Assembly (NCBI GenBank): GCA_018653605.1
Contig: JABHYY010000041.1
Location: forward strand, 2,874 to 66,873
Length of the DNA: 64,000 bases
Reading direction: 5' to 3'
Source of the DNA: an archaeon
GTDB lineage: Archaea > Nanobdellota > Nanobdellia > SCGC-AAA011-G17 > GW2011-AR17
In this document: piece by piece, positions 39,301 to 48,506 of the stretch
Layout: the number at the start of each line of letters is the position of its first letter
How positions within the stretch are numbered: the stretch's first letter is position 1
Translations under genes and position numbers: made by a program
The notes under the pieces: model-generated
What the model saw: the letters and a program-made list of their open reading frames with translations, nothing else
Database searches by the model: none
What the model was told of the DNA's origin: nothing

Positions 39301-40310
39301 TAAAATCTTTGAAGGGGAAGGAATTTGTTATGACGCCAGATCATAATCACCTTTCAATTGTTAATGGAAACTTTAAAATTATTAAGGCTAAAGAGGTTTC
39401 TGTAAAGGATAAGTTGATTGTGTGGGATGGAAAAGTGTTGTCAGAGCAAATAGTTGAAGTAAGTAGTTTATCTGACCCTGTGAATAGTTATTGTTTGGAT
39501 GTTGAAGATGAAGAGTTGATTGAAAAGAGTGTTCTTTGGGGAGATAATATAATTAATCTTAGATGTGATGGTGATGAAGCAGGGTGTATGTTGTTAATGG
39601 ATTGTTTATTGAATTTTTCAATGAAATATTTGCCTAACACTCGAGGGATTAGTCAGGATGCTCCTTTGGTTTTAACTTCTAGGTTAGTTCCTTCTGAAGT
39701 TGATGATATGGTGTTTAATATGGATATTTGTGATCATTATCCTTTAGAGTTGTATGAGGCTGCTGAAGAGTATAAGTATCCTTGGGATATTAAGATACAT
39801 ATTTTAGAGAATGATTTGGGTACTGAGAAACAGTATGAAGGTATGATGTTTACACATGATACTTCTGATTTTAATAATGGTGTGTTGGTTAGTGCGTATA
39901 AGACTTTGCCTTCAATGAGGGAGAAAGTGTTGGGTCAAATGGAAGTTGGTCGGAAGATTCGTGCTGTTGATGTTGATGATGTTGCTCGGTTGGTTATTGA
40001 AAGGCATTTTATTCGTGATATTAAAGGTAACTTGCGTAAGTTTTCTCAGCAAGGTTTTAGATGTGTAAAGTGTAATGAAATTTATCGTCGTCCTCCTTTA
40101 GCTGGAAAGTGTTTAGCTTGTTCTGGAAAGTTAGTGTTTACAATTGCTGAGGGTTCTATTTGTAAATACTTACAGCCTGCATTGGATCTTGCTAAGAAAT
40201 ATAATCTTCCTGCTTATTTGCAACAGAGTTTGGTTTTGCTTAAGAATAGAATTGAAAGTGTGTTTGGAAAAGATCCTGAAAAGCAAGAAGGTTTGGGTAA
40301 GTGGTTCTAG
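36348..40310 (+). CDS. polC: DNA polymerase II (PolD) large subunit DP2, with intein-like insertion
   Basis: 1320 aa. Conserved DP2 N-terminus (MAEFSERIGKYLETINVEVLKCYDIANEA...), a Zn-finger cluster (CECGKQTIYPVCENCG...), the catalytic-region motif ...HSIMRRD | insertion | LRCDGDEAGCMLLMDCLLNFS, and C-terminal Zn-binding (CVKCNEIYRRPPLAGKCLAC). Confidence 0.9.
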   Translation: MAEFSERIGKYLETINVEVLKCYDIANEAKSKGFDPNKRVMMPLAKNMAERVEGLIGSVAPEILGKGVPKRIQELEKEYGMQDWRVALKIAEEVALEKFCKFEDKIRAMEIGIRTGFAYVTVGVVASPLEGFIGLKVRERMDGQGEYLALIYGGPIRSAGGTGASVSILIADYVRKIMGYKEYDATEKEVKRAYSELCDYHERVTNLQYFPSEEEIKYLVEHLPIQLDGDPSEKWDVSNYKDLSRRVANRISNGFCLITAECLGLKAPKVWKQLAKWGKDMDMEQWNFMKDFVDLQKEVRARGVKVSKKVEAKLKPDTNYIKDLVAGRPVFTHPMRNGGFRLRYGRGRVSGFSADSVNPATMVVSDDFIAVGTQFKVERPGKATVANVCDTIDGPIVKLKNGSVVCLNTYEDARLVAKEVDEIIYLGDLLVNYGDFLDRAHKLIPCGFVEEWWAMLVEKKISEGSQSIDGVEDVIKFPLKNRLSLDQAIEYSEKLGVPLYPKYIYFWDSISVDDFKKLYLVLKDSSFDGMKMVVADLSVKRSLELIGCEHKLVGDEHLIIDDARALVFNLGGFEKELVVKDDVLEMVNSLCKFEVKDKCGTFVGARMGRPEKAKMRKMKGSPHVLFPVGDEGGRLRCFQSSLEAGKVSSNFPYYICECGKQTIYPVCENCGKRGKQKFWCRGCKELKDEEECEKHDKCSKSVYQQIDIKHYFYKALEVIGSRQYPSLIKGVRGMSSVGKIPEHLVRGILRAKNSVHVNKDGTIRYDMIELPLTHFKPKEIGTPIEKLKELGYLKDVYGEDLVNDEQILELIAQDVVLPAPVDAPEQGADEVLFRVGGFIDDLLVHLYKMDPYYKFEKKSDLIGHLIVAMSPHTSAGIVSRIIGFSKAQGLYAHPLLHSIMRRDCVHPSTELVIGEDKKLVKIGDYVEDLIKRGAKTKRIDLVGTLSVENIDDVCVYGVDSKTFEFKEKKVKSFIKGPVNNKWVVVKSLKGKEFVMTPDHNHLSIVNGNFKIIKAKEVSVKDKLIVWDGKVLSEQIVEVSSLSDPVNSYCLDVEDEELIEKSVLWGDNIINLRCDGDEAGCMLLMDCLLNFSMKYLPNTRGISQDAPLVLTSRLVPSEVDDMVFNMDICDHYPLELYEAAEEYKYPWDIKIHILENDLGTEKQYEGMMFTHDTSDFNNGVLVSAYKTLPSMREKVLGQMEVGRKIRAVDVDDVARLVIERHFIRDIKGNLRKFSQQGFRCVKCNEIYRRPPLAGKCLACSGKLVFTIAEGSICKYLQPALDLAKKYNLPAYLQQSLVLLKNRIESVFGKDPEKQEGLGKWF
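39057..39557 (+). mobile_element. Hint-domain (mini-intein-like) insertion in PolD DP2 catalytic motif
   Basis: About 167 aa inserted between RRD and (LR)CDGDE. It starts with Cys (CVHPSTELVIGEDKKLVKIGDYVEDLI, block A-like), contains VMTPDHNHLSIV...KDKLIVWDG (block B TxxH) and a block F/G-like YCLDVEDEE...SVLWGDNIIN. No LAGLIDADG/HNH endonuclease domain is evident. The C-terminal junction is non-canonical (IIN then L-R then C). Confidence 0.45.
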
Positions 40311-40642
40311 TGAATTATTCCTAACCAAGTTCCTTTTTGAGTTATTCCTGAGATGCAAATAATATCTCCTTTTTCAAAACTTTTTAGATCTATATTTGGA
40401 GTAATCCTTAATTCTGGTTCTTTAACTCTTTTTGCTAATGTTTTATATTTGATTATGTACTCTATTGTTCCCCAAGGGTTTTCTTCTTCTTTTCCATCAA
40501 TAATTCTAAAAAGAGTTGGGATGTTACTTTGGTCTATTTTTACTCTAGCTTCTTCTTTAGTAATTCTTGTTTCTCTAGTTGAGATTAAGAATGAAATAGT
40601 TTTTTTAATTGAAGAACTTATATGTTTTATCTTTGTAGGCAT
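40307..40642 (-). CDS. Hypothetical small beta-rich protein
   Basis: 111-aa ORF overlapping the DP2 stop by 4 nt. No confident domain, possibly a PUA/ASCH-like barrel. Confidence 0.35.
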   Translation of the reverse strand: MPTKIKHISSSIKKTISFLISTRETRITKEEARVKIDQSNIPTLFRIIDGKEEENPWGTIEYIIKYKTLAKRVKEPELRITPNIDLKSFEKGDIICISGITQKGTWLGIIH

Positions 40643-40754
40643 ATATTTTTATAATACTTTTTTGTTTATATATTTTTTGTATGTGTAGGGAGTTTATTTG
40701 TGTTGACTGCAGTGTTAGCATAGTTTTATATATTTTGACTTACTTTTTTTTGTT

Positions 40755-41276
40755 ATGATAGAATGTAGAGCAATTATTAAGGATGTTTTAGAAGCTAGGA
40801 AAGTAGTTGAATCACTTGGTGGAAACTTTTTGAGTAATTATGCCTTTAAAGATATAATTTTTGTTCCTTCTGTTGGAGATTTTAATTTAACAGATGATTT
40901 TGTTCGGGTTAGAGTTTATTCTAAAACAAATTGGCCTACTAAAAATGTGATTGTTGTTAGAAAGCAAACAAAATTTGTAGAAGGTGGGAAAGTTAGTGAT
41001 GTTGTTCTGAAAAAAGAGTTTGATACTGAAGAGGAGGCTCTTTCTTTTCTTGAAAAGAATGTTTCTGGTTTTGAAAAAGGATTTGAATATTCTCGAGAAG
41101 GTTGGCAGTATGAGTTGAATGGATTAAAAATATTTATTGAAGATGTTGAAGGGTTTAAACCTTCTGTTGAAGTTATTTCTAAAGATGAGAAAAGTTTGGA
41201 AGAAATATTTAGTAAATTAAATGTTTTAGAAAGGTGTAATGAATCTCTTCCAGAATTAATAAAGAAAAAAAATTAA
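40755..41276 (+). CDS. CYTH-domain protein (CyaB/thiamine-triphosphatase-like triphosphate tunnel enzyme)
   Basis: N-terminal MIECRAIIKD (ExExK-like) and C-terminal SVEVISKDE (EhEhS/E), in a 173-aa size typical of CYTH. Confidence 0.45.
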   Translation: MIECRAIIKDVLEARKVVESLGGNFLSNYAFKDIIFVPSVGDFNLTDDFVRVRVYSKTNWPTKNVIVVRKQTKFVEGGKVSDVVLKKEFDTEEEALSFLEKNVSGFEKGFEYSREGWQYELNGLKIFIEDVEGFKPSVEVISKDEKSLEEIFSKLNVLERCNESLPELIKKKN

Positions 41277-41647
41277 AGCAATTGCTTTATTTTCTCAATA
41301 TTTTCTGCTACCTTGTTACCTGTGTCTGTTAAGGAAATTGTTTTTATTCTTCCTTGCTTTTCAAAACTAACAAGACTTGCTTTTTCCATTTCTTGGAGAA
41401 TCTTTACTGCATGTGAATAAGTGCAGTCTACTTCTTTTGCAAGGACACTACCATATTTATTCCTTGTGTTTTGTCTTAGCGCAACTAATATCATTGCTGG
41501 TTTTTTTCTGAAGAAAACTTCGAAAATTTCTTTATCTTTTTTTACCATTTTTTTACCCTCTCCGTGTTTATCTCCCTCTTTTATCACTTCTCTTTTATAT
41601 ATGTTAAAGAATATGTATCTGGTATTTAAAGGTTTGGTTGTAATCAT
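41273..41647 (-). CDS. Winged-helix transcriptional regulator (MarR/ArsR-like)
   Basis: PAMILVALRQNTRNKYGSVLAKEVDCTYSHAVKILQEMEKASLVSFEKQGRIKTISLTDTG is an HTH plus wing. Confidence 0.5.
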   Translation of the reverse strand: MITTKPLNTRYIFFNIYKREVIKEGDKHGEGKKMVKKDKEIFEVFFRKKPAMILVALRQNTRNKYGSVLAKEVDCTYSHAVKILQEMEKASLVSFEKQGRIKTISLTDTGNKVAENIEKIKQLL

Positions 41648-41694
41648 TAGAAAGTAGTTTCTCCAATATATTTAAAAAGAAATGGTGATTTATA

Positions 41695-42978
41695 ATGGTT
41701 ATGTTTGACATTAAAATTATTAGAAATGATATTGAAATTGCCAAGAAAGACCTTGAGAAGCGAGGAGATAAAGAAAAATTAGATTGGTTACAAAATGTTT
41801 CTGATAAAGATGTTGAGTTTAGAAAGTTGAAAGTTGAGCTGGATGGGTTGCGAAAGGAGAGGAATAAGATTTCTTTGAGTATTGCTGAAGCAAAGAAAAA
41901 GGGTGATGATGTTAAAAAAATATTAGCTGATGCAAAAGAGTTGCCTAAAAAAATTGCTGATATTGAATTAAGAGTTGGAAAGTTACAAGATGATACTAAA
42001 TTTTATTTAATGAGGTTGCCAAACATTTTACACGAGAGTGTTCCTAAAGGAAAAGATGATACTGAGAATGTTGAAATTAAAACTGTTGGTAAAATCCCTA
42101 AGTTTACTTTTGATATAAAAAATCATGTTGATATTGTTGAAGGGTTAGGGTTGGCTGATTTTGATCGGAGTGGAAAGATTGCTGGTAATGGTTTTTATTT
42201 TTTGAAAGGTGATTTAGTGTTTTTAGAGCAAGCTCTTATTAGGTTTGCTTTGGATATAGTTTCTAAGAAAGGTTATTTGCCTGTTTATCCGCCCTTAATG
42301 ATGAGACGAAAGGCTTACGAAGGTGTAACTGATTTAAGTGATTTTGAAACTATGATGTATAAGATTGAAGATGATGATGAGTATTTGATTGCAACTTCAG
42401 AACATCCTTTAGTTGGTCAACATATGGATGAGATTTTTGAGTCTGGTGTGTTACCTGTTAAGTATGCTGGTATAAGTCCTTGTTTTAGAAAAGAGATTGG
42501 TTCACATGGTGTTGATGAAAAAGGGATTTTTAGAGTTCATCAATTTAACAAAGTTGAACAGATTATATTTTGTAAGCCAGCTGATAGTTGGAAGTTGCAT
42601 GAAGAGTTAATTAAGAATGCTGAAGAAATTTTTAAGAAGCTAGCATTGCCTTATAGGGTTGTTAATATTTGTACTGGTGACATTGGTACTGTTGCTGCAA
42701 AGAAGTATGATTTAGAAGCTTGGTTGCCACATCAGAAAAGGTATAGAGAGATGGTAAGTTGTAGTAATTGTACTGATTACCAAGCTCGAAGGTTGAGGAT
42801 TCGGTATAATAGTAAAGATGGAGTTAAGTTGGTCCATACTTTGAATTCTACTGCTATTGCTCTTGGTCGTGTTATGGTTGCTATTATTGAGAACAATCAG
42901 TTGAAAGATGGTTCTGTTAAGATTCCTAAAGTTTTAGTTCCTTATATGGGTGGCAAAACTAAGTTAGAGAAAATATAA
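41695..42978 (+). CDS. serS: Serine--tRNA ligase
   Basis: N-terminal coiled-coil tRNA-binding arm (MFDIKIIRNDIEIAKKDLEKRG...). Class II core includes FRKEIGSHGVDEKGIFRVHQFNKVEQ and motif 3 GRVMVAIIEN. The ATG at 41701 may be the true start. Confidence 0.85.
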   Translation: MVMFDIKIIRNDIEIAKKDLEKRGDKEKLDWLQNVSDKDVEFRKLKVELDGLRKERNKISLSIAEAKKKGDDVKKILADAKELPKKIADIELRVGKLQDDTKFYLMRLPNILHESVPKGKDDTENVEIKTVGKIPKFTFDIKNHVDIVEGLGLADFDRSGKIAGNGFYFLKGDLVFLEQALIRFALDIVSKKGYLPVYPPLMMRRKAYEGVTDLSDFETMMYKIEDDDEYLIATSEHPLVGQHMDEIFESGVLPVKYAGISPCFRKEIGSHGVDEKGIFRVHQFNKVEQIIFCKPADSWKLHEELIKNAEEIFKKLALPYRVVNICTGDIGTVAAKKYDLEAWLPHQKRYREMVSCSNCTDYQARRLRIRYNSKDGVKLVHTLNSTAIALGRVMVAIIENNQLKDGSVKIPKVLVPYMGGKTKLEKI

Positions 42979-43011
42979 ATTCTTTTAAAGTTTTATTTTT
43001 ATATATTATTT

Positions 43012-43461
43012 ATGAGTTTGATTGAACATATTGTTCCAGATGTAAATGTATTACAAAGTTTGATTGATGATTTAGAAGGAGCTCTTTTAGTTATTGCTCA
43101 TGCTGATGGACATTTAGATCCTAAGTGGATTGATGAAAGGCAAAGAGAGATTGCGGAGGAGTATGGAGGTGTTGCTGATGCAATACCTGTCCTTAAACCT
43201 ACAGAAGGACTATCTGCTAGAGGTTTTTTTTTCATAGGTGAAGCTTATGATGGTTTTATGGGTCTTGCAAGTGTAGTTTATGGTTATGAATGTGAAGCCA
43301 CTAGATCACAGAGTAAAGGTTGTGATGCTATTTGTGGTTCTTGTGAATTTGGTCATTATGATCCTGAGGTAGTTAGAGAGGAAGCTGAAAATATAGTTAA
43401 TGAATATATACTTATTCCTCCACCAGAAGATCCTATTTGGCAAGAAGAGGAAGTTGCTTAG
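43012..43461 (+). CDS. Hypothetical acidic protein
   Basis: 149-aa ORF with a CDAICGSCEFGH Cys cluster. No assignable family. Confidence 0.4.
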   Translation: MSLIEHIVPDVNVLQSLIDDLEGALLVIAHADGHLDPKWIDERQREIAEEYGGVADAIPVLKPTEGLSARGFFFIGEAYDGFMGLASVVYGYECEATRSQSKGCDAICGSCEFGHYDPEVVREEAENIVNEYILIPPPEDPIWQEEEVA

Positions 43462-43504
43462 AAGTACAATAATTCTTTTAAAGTTTATTTAGATTTTTGT
43501 TAGT

Positions 43505-45928
43505 ATGGATCCAAATAATTTAACACCTGCAATGAGACAGTATGCTGATCTTAAACAGAAGTATGCTGATTGTGTAATTATGTTTAGAATGGGTGATTTT
43601 TATGAAATGTTTTATGAAGATGCTAAGACTGCATCAAAAGAGTTAGAGATTACTTTGACATCTAGGGGAAAGGGTGAGAAAAAAGCTCCTTTGGCTGGAA
43701 TACCTCATCATGCTTTGGAACAGTATTTAGGTAGGCTTGTTAAGAAAGGTTATAAAGTTGCAATTTGCGAACAGTTAGAAGATCCTAAGTTAGCAAAGGG
43801 TTTGGTTAAACGAGGTGTTGTTCGAGTTGTTACACCTGGAACACTTATTGGGTCTGGTGATCTTGATGCTAGTTCTAATAATTATTTGATGTCAGTGTTT
43901 GCAAATGGTGATGAGTATGCTGCAAGTTTTTGTGATGTTTCAACTGGAGAGTTTTTTGTTTTTTCTGGTGGTTTTGATTTGGTTAAGGATGAGGTTTTGA
44001 GGTTTAGACCTGCTGAGTGTGTTTTGCCTGAAAGTTTGTTGGTTGATCAGGAGTTGGTTAAGAATTTGAAAAGGTTGGGTGTGTTTGTGACTGATCATAG
44101 TGATAGGTTTTTTGGTTTTGATTATGCAAAGTCTACTTTGTTAAGACATTTTAAAGTTCTTGGTTTGGATGGGTTTGGAGTTTCTAATGATATTGAGGTA
44201 AAAGTTGCTGGTGGGTTGTTGAATTATGTTTTGTCTACTCAAATGAATGATTTGTTGCACATTAAAAGTTTGAAAAAAGTTGTTAAGCAAGATAGAATGT
44301 TTTTGGATGCTGTTGCAATTAAGAATTTGGAGTTGGTTGAGGGTGTTTCTGAGAAAGGAAGTTTGTTTTATGTTTTGAATAGGACTTGTACTAACATGGG
44401 TGTTAGGTTGTTAAAGAAATGGTTGAAAAGTCCTTTAATGAATAGAGTTAAGATTGAAGAGAGGTATGATGCTGTTGAGTTTTTTGTTAAAAATTTAATT
44501 GTTAGGGGTGATTTGCAGAATGTTTTGAAAGGTGTTGGTGATGTTGAAAGGTTGGTTGGTAAGGTTGGTTATGGTAATTGTGGTGGTCGTGATTTGGTTG
44601 CTTTGAAAAATTCTCTTTTGAATGTTCAAAAAATTAATTTTGATTCTGGGTTGTTGAAGGAGTTGAGTTGTTTTGGTGATTTTCAAGGTGTTATTGATAT
44701 TGTTTCTGAGTCAATAAAAGATGATTGTGCTGTTTCTATTAGGGAAGGTGGAGTGATTAAGTTAGATTATAATTCTAGGTTGAAAGAGTTACATGATATT
44801 AAGTTTGGTGGGAAAAAGTTTATTTCTCGTTTAGAGGCTCAAGAGAGGGAGAGGACTGGGATTAAGAATCTTCGTATTGGTTTTAATCGTGTTTTTGGAT
44901 ATTATATTGATGTTTCTAAGTCTAATTTGCATCTTGTTCCTAAAGATTATATTCGAAAACAAACTCTTGTTAATAATGAGAGGTATGTTACTGAAGATTT
45001 GAAGAAAGAGGAAGAGAAAATCTTGACTGCTGAAGAGAAGATTAAAAATTTGGAGTATGAATTGTTTATGGCTGTTGTTGAAAAGATTAAGGATTATATT
45101 TCTGTTCTTCAGGATGTTGCTTCTAAAGTTGCTGAGTTGGATGTTCTTTTGAGTTTTGCTTTTGTTAGTGTTGAGAATAATTATGTTCGTCCTGTTTTAG
45201 ATGATTCTGATGTTTTGGAGATTAAAGATGGTAGGCATGCTGTTGTTGAGCTTGAAGAGGATTATGTTCCTAATGATACTAGTTTGAATGTTGGTGAGGT
45301 TATGATTATTACTGGGCCTAACTTTGCTGGTAAAAGTTGTTATATGAGACAGGTTGCTTTGATTGTTATTATGGCACAGGTTGGTTGTTTTGTTCCTGGT
45401 GTTGTTAAAATGGGGTTGGTTGATAGAGTTTTTACTAGGGTTGGTGCGCAAGATGATTTGTTTTCTGGGAAAAGTACTTTTATGGTTGAAATGGAAGAGG
45501 TTGCTAATATTTTGAATAATGCTTCTTCTAAAAGTTTGATAGTGTTTGATGAGGTTGGAAGGGGAACTTCTACTTATGATGGTGTTTCAATTGCATGGGC
45601 TGTTGTTGAGTATGTTTATAATAAAGTTAAAGCTAAAACTATGTTTGCAACTCATTATCATGTTTTGAATTCTATGGCTAGTGATTTAGATGGTGTTAAG
45701 AATTATAATATTTCTGTGAAAGAAGAGAAGGATGAGATTGTGTTTTTGCGAAAGTTGGTTGCTGGTGGTACTGATAAGAGTTTTGGTGTTTATGTTGCTA
45801 AGTTGGCTGGTGTTCCTTTGGATGTTGTTTCTCGTGCTCGGGAGATTCAGGAGAAGCTTGAGTCAAAAGATAAGTTTTCTGGTCGGGTTGGTGGGAAGAT
45901 GTTGGATAAGCAGAAGAGTTTGTTTTAA
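43505..45928 (+). CDS. mutS: DNA mismatch repair protein MutS (bacterial type)
   Basis: N-terminal mismatch-binding domain TPAMRQYADLKQKYADCVIMFRMGDFYEMFYEDA. ATPase domain with GPNFAGKS, STFMVEMEE, FDEVGRGTSTYDG and FATHYH. Confidence 0.9.
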   Translation: MDPNNLTPAMRQYADLKQKYADCVIMFRMGDFYEMFYEDAKTASKELEITLTSRGKGEKKAPLAGIPHHALEQYLGRLVKKGYKVAICEQLEDPKLAKGLVKRGVVRVVTPGTLIGSGDLDASSNNYLMSVFANGDEYAASFCDVSTGEFFVFSGGFDLVKDEVLRFRPAECVLPESLLVDQELVKNLKRLGVFVTDHSDRFFGFDYAKSTLLRHFKVLGLDGFGVSNDIEVKVAGGLLNYVLSTQMNDLLHIKSLKKVVKQDRMFLDAVAIKNLELVEGVSEKGSLFYVLNRTCTNMGVRLLKKWLKSPLMNRVKIEERYDAVEFFVKNLIVRGDLQNVLKGVGDVERLVGKVGYGNCGGRDLVALKNSLLNVQKINFDSGLLKELSCFGDFQGVIDIVSESIKDDCAVSIREGGVIKLDYNSRLKELHDIKFGGKKFISRLEAQERERTGIKNLRIGFNRVFGYYIDVSKSNLHLVPKDYIRKQTLVNNERYVTEDLKKEEEKILTAEEKIKNLEYELFMAVVEKIKDYISVLQDVASKVAELDVLLSFAFVSVENNYVRPVLDDSDVLEIKDGRHAVVELEEDYVPNDTSLNVGEVMIITGPNFAGKSCYMRQVALIVIMAQVGCFVPGVVKMGLVDRVFTRVGAQDDLFSGKSTFMVEMEEVANILNNASSKSLIVFDEVGRGTSTYDGVSIAWAVVEYVYNKVKAKTMFATHYHVLNSMASDLDGVKNYNISVKEEKDEIVFLRKLVAGGTDKSFGVYVAKLAGVPLDVVSRAREIQEKLESKDKFSGRVGGKMLDKQKSLF

Positions 45929-46006
45929 TTTTTGGGCTTGCTGTTGTTTAGCTTAGAATGCTATGTTTAGAAAAAGTTTATATACTATCTGTTCTTTTTA
46001 CTTATT

Positions 46007-46465
46007 ATGGGATTATGGAAAAGAATATTTGGATCAAAAAAAACTGAAGATCAGAAACAACCAGAAGAGGAAACTGTGCAAGTTATCCAAATTGATCAAA
46101 AAGTTATTGATTTTATCCCTCAATTAATACTTTTAATTGATAGATTCTTAGAGTCATTGTCTCATGGTTTAGAATTACAACATAGTGGAACAAAGAGAAT
46201 GGCTAATGCCGGATTAAGAGGTATGAAAAAGGTATTGAATAAGATATTGAAAACAAAAAGAATTTCATCAGATTATGCAGAGATTAGAGATCTTATGGCT
46301 TTTTGGGCCACATTAATGCAAAGATTGCGTAAACTACCTTATTTTGAGACTAGTTTTGGTGATGAGGCTGGAGAAATTAGGGATGGACTTGGTATGCTTG
46401 AAAGGTTGTTAGGGCTTGAAAATTCTATTTTAAAAGAAACATTTAGTAATCTTAAAAAAGAATAA
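46007..46465 (+). CDS. Hypothetical protein
   Basis: 152-aa ORF, no recognised domain. Confidence 0.4.
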   Translation: MGLWKRIFGSKKTEDQKQPEEETVQVIQIDQKVIDFIPQLILLIDRFLESLSHGLELQHSGTKRMANAGLRGMKKVLNKILKTKRISSDYAEIRDLMAFWATLMQRLRKLPYFETSFGDEAGEIRDGLGMLERLLGLENSILKETFSNLKKE

Positions 46466-46470
46466 TTTTT

Positions 46471-46680
46471 TTAGTAATATTTCTTCCAGATTTTCCAAAC
46501 TATCAATAAGAGAACTATTAGTGCAACATATAGATACCAACTAAATTCTAATGCATCACTTAGGAATCGTGGCCAAATATTTATCAATAAAAGTGTAGAA
46601 AGTAATGTAATTATAATTATGCCTTTTATTTCATAATATCTTAAAGTATATTTTTTTTCAAACAATTCTTTTATTTTCAT
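46471..46680 (-). CDS. Small 2-TM membrane protein
   Basis: 69-aa hydrophobic ORF. Confidence 0.3.
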   Translation of the reverse strand: MKIKELFEKKYTLRYYEIKGIIIITLLSTLLLINIWPRFLSDALEFSWYLYVALIVLLLIVWKIWKKYY

Positions 46681-46738
46681 TACTATTATGTGTGTCTTAT
46701 GAAGTTTATAATCTTTGTGAATAAAAAAAGAAAATAAT

Positions 46739-46936
46739 TTACATTCCTAGGAATTTAAGTGCTTCAAATACTAGAAAAGTTGGCCAAACTATTGCTTTTA
46801 AGAATCCCAATACACCTGCCCAAAAACCTGTTGCAGTTGATATATAGTATATTACTGCACCAATAAATCCAAAAAAGTATATTGCACTTCCTGTACATGA
46901 ACCAGCCATTTCGTGTTTACATTTTGTTTTTTTCAT
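46739..46936 (-). CDS. Small 2-TM membrane protein
   Basis: 65-aa hydrophobic ORF. Confidence 0.3.
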   Translation of the reverse strand: MKKTKCKHEMAGSCTGSAIYFFGFIGAVIYYISTATGFWAGVLGFLKAIVWPTFLVFEALKFLGM

Positions 46937-47135
46937 TTAATTTTACCTCTTATTTTAATTAGTGTATATACTATTTAAATATTTTCTTTGATTAGAGATG
47001 AATAGAAGAGTTATTTGTTTTTAATATAATGCCTGTAGTATCCAATAAAATTACTTATTAAAAATGTTCCTTCTGCTATAGCTCCTACTGGTGAAAAAAT
47101 AATCTTGAGGTGAAAAAATAAAGTTTATTTTTCAA

Positions 47136-48506
47136 TTACTTTTTTAATAATTTTAACTCATTATGACTATAATCTATGGATTTTTCAGTTTTATTGTATA
47201 ATGCCTTAAAATTTTTATAGGAATCTGTTTTTGCAAGCATATTTAAAAATTTTGACTTTAATTGCTGATTTGCAAGAGCATATTTTGTTGGTGGAAGTTT
47301 TAATAAAAATCCGATAAATTTCTTTAAAATATCCTGAGTAATTGAATTATTCCCTTCAAAAAGATAATTTTGTAATCTATTTTTATCTATAGCTTCTAGA
47401 ATCATTAGTTCGAAATTATCTTTAGGAACAGGACTAATTTTTTCTTTTCTAATCATGGTTAGGTTCTTGACTTGACAGGAATTAACACAAACACCACAAC
47501 CAATACAAATGTTTTGATTTATTTTGATATATTCTTTATTCTTATTTTTGATAATCTTTATTGCATCCACAGGACATTTTTTGATACAAGTTTCACAAAG
47601 AGTACAAGTTTTCATTGAATTTTTTGCAACGAAATTACTAGTAAGATCTATCCCTGCCCTATATCTTTTATAAAATCCTATTGCTTCACAACAGCAAGAA
47701 CAACAATTACATATCCAATTAACGTTGTTTTGGACATTGTCCCCTATTTGAACAAGGCCTAATTTAACACATCTGTCTAAGTTTTCAAGTGCTTTTTTCT
47801 TAGATATTTTTTTAGCAATACCATGTTTATGCAAATTCTCTGCAGCTTTATTAAAAGACATACAAGTATTCTGAGGGAAATTACATTTTTTCCCTTCATG
47901 TTCTTTTTTATGTCTACAATAGCATCTACCAAGAGTTATACAGCTGGAAGTAGAAATTACTTTTTTAGCCCTTTCATAATCTAATATTAATGTTTTGGGT
48001 TTAAGTGTATCCTCTTGAATAAAAACTCTATAAAATAAAGGATATACACTAATCCCTTTTTTTAAATACTCATCATCTTTATCAAGATAATCTGCTAGCA
48101 GTTCAGATAAAACTTGTTCATTAAATTTTCCATCAGTTCTCATTAAAGCTAATTCAAAAAATCCTACCATTGGAGGAGCTAAAAAATAATACTGTTCTTT
48201 TCCATTATACATATCTACTAATAAACCTTTATCAGCCATTTGATTTAATTCTTTTTTTGTTTCAGTTATATTTTTCCCCCATAGTTTACTAGCATCAGTA
48301 GCAGTAAAAAGATTTAATGGAAGAAGAGAAGCGTCTTTAGCTTCTTTTTCAGAGAATAATATTTTTAGAATTTTAAATAAGATTTTACTTTCTGGGGCAG
48401 ATTGAGGATTTTCATCAAGCCTCTTTTGTAAATCATAATATGCTTTTGATGTTAAATGACCCATACTTTTTAAAACCCAGTCTTTGTTTATAAATCTTTT
48501 TAACAT
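47136..48506 (-). CDS. Fe-S protein: N-terminal unknown domain + Cys cluster (CNCCSCCC) + 2x[4Fe-4S] ferredoxin domain
   Basis: CTLCETCIKKCP and CIGCGVCVNSCQ are CxxCxxCxxxCP ferredoxin motifs. An additional NWICNCCSCCCEAIGFY cluster is present. 456 aa. Confidence 0.6.
   Translation of the reverse strand: MLKRFINKDWVLKSMGHLTSKAYYDLQKRLDENPQSAPESKILFKILKILFSEKEAKDASLLPLNLFTATDASKLWGKNITETKKELNQMADKGLLVDMYNGKEQYYFLAPPMVGFFELALMRTDGKFNEQVLSELLADYLDKDDEYLKKGISVYPLFYRVFIQEDTLKPKTLILDYERAKKVISTSSCITLGRCYCRHKKEHEGKKCNFPQNTCMSFNKAAENLHKHGIAKKISKKKALENLDRCVKLGLVQIGDNVQNNVNWICNCCSCCCEAIGFYKRYRAGIDLTSNFVAKNSMKTCTLCETCIKKCPVDAIKIIKNKNKEYIKINQNICIGCGVCVNSCQVKNLTMIRKEKISPVPKDNFELMILEAIDKNRLQNYLFEGNNSITQDILKKFIGFLLKLPPTKYALANQQLKSKFLNMLAKTDSYKNFKALYNKTEKSIDYSHNELKLLKK

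Noticed and set aside
36348-40310. Large LAGLIDADG-containing intein in DP2
   Set aside because: The insertion is only about 167 aa, with no endonuclease motifs, so it is a mini-intein-like Hint domain at most.
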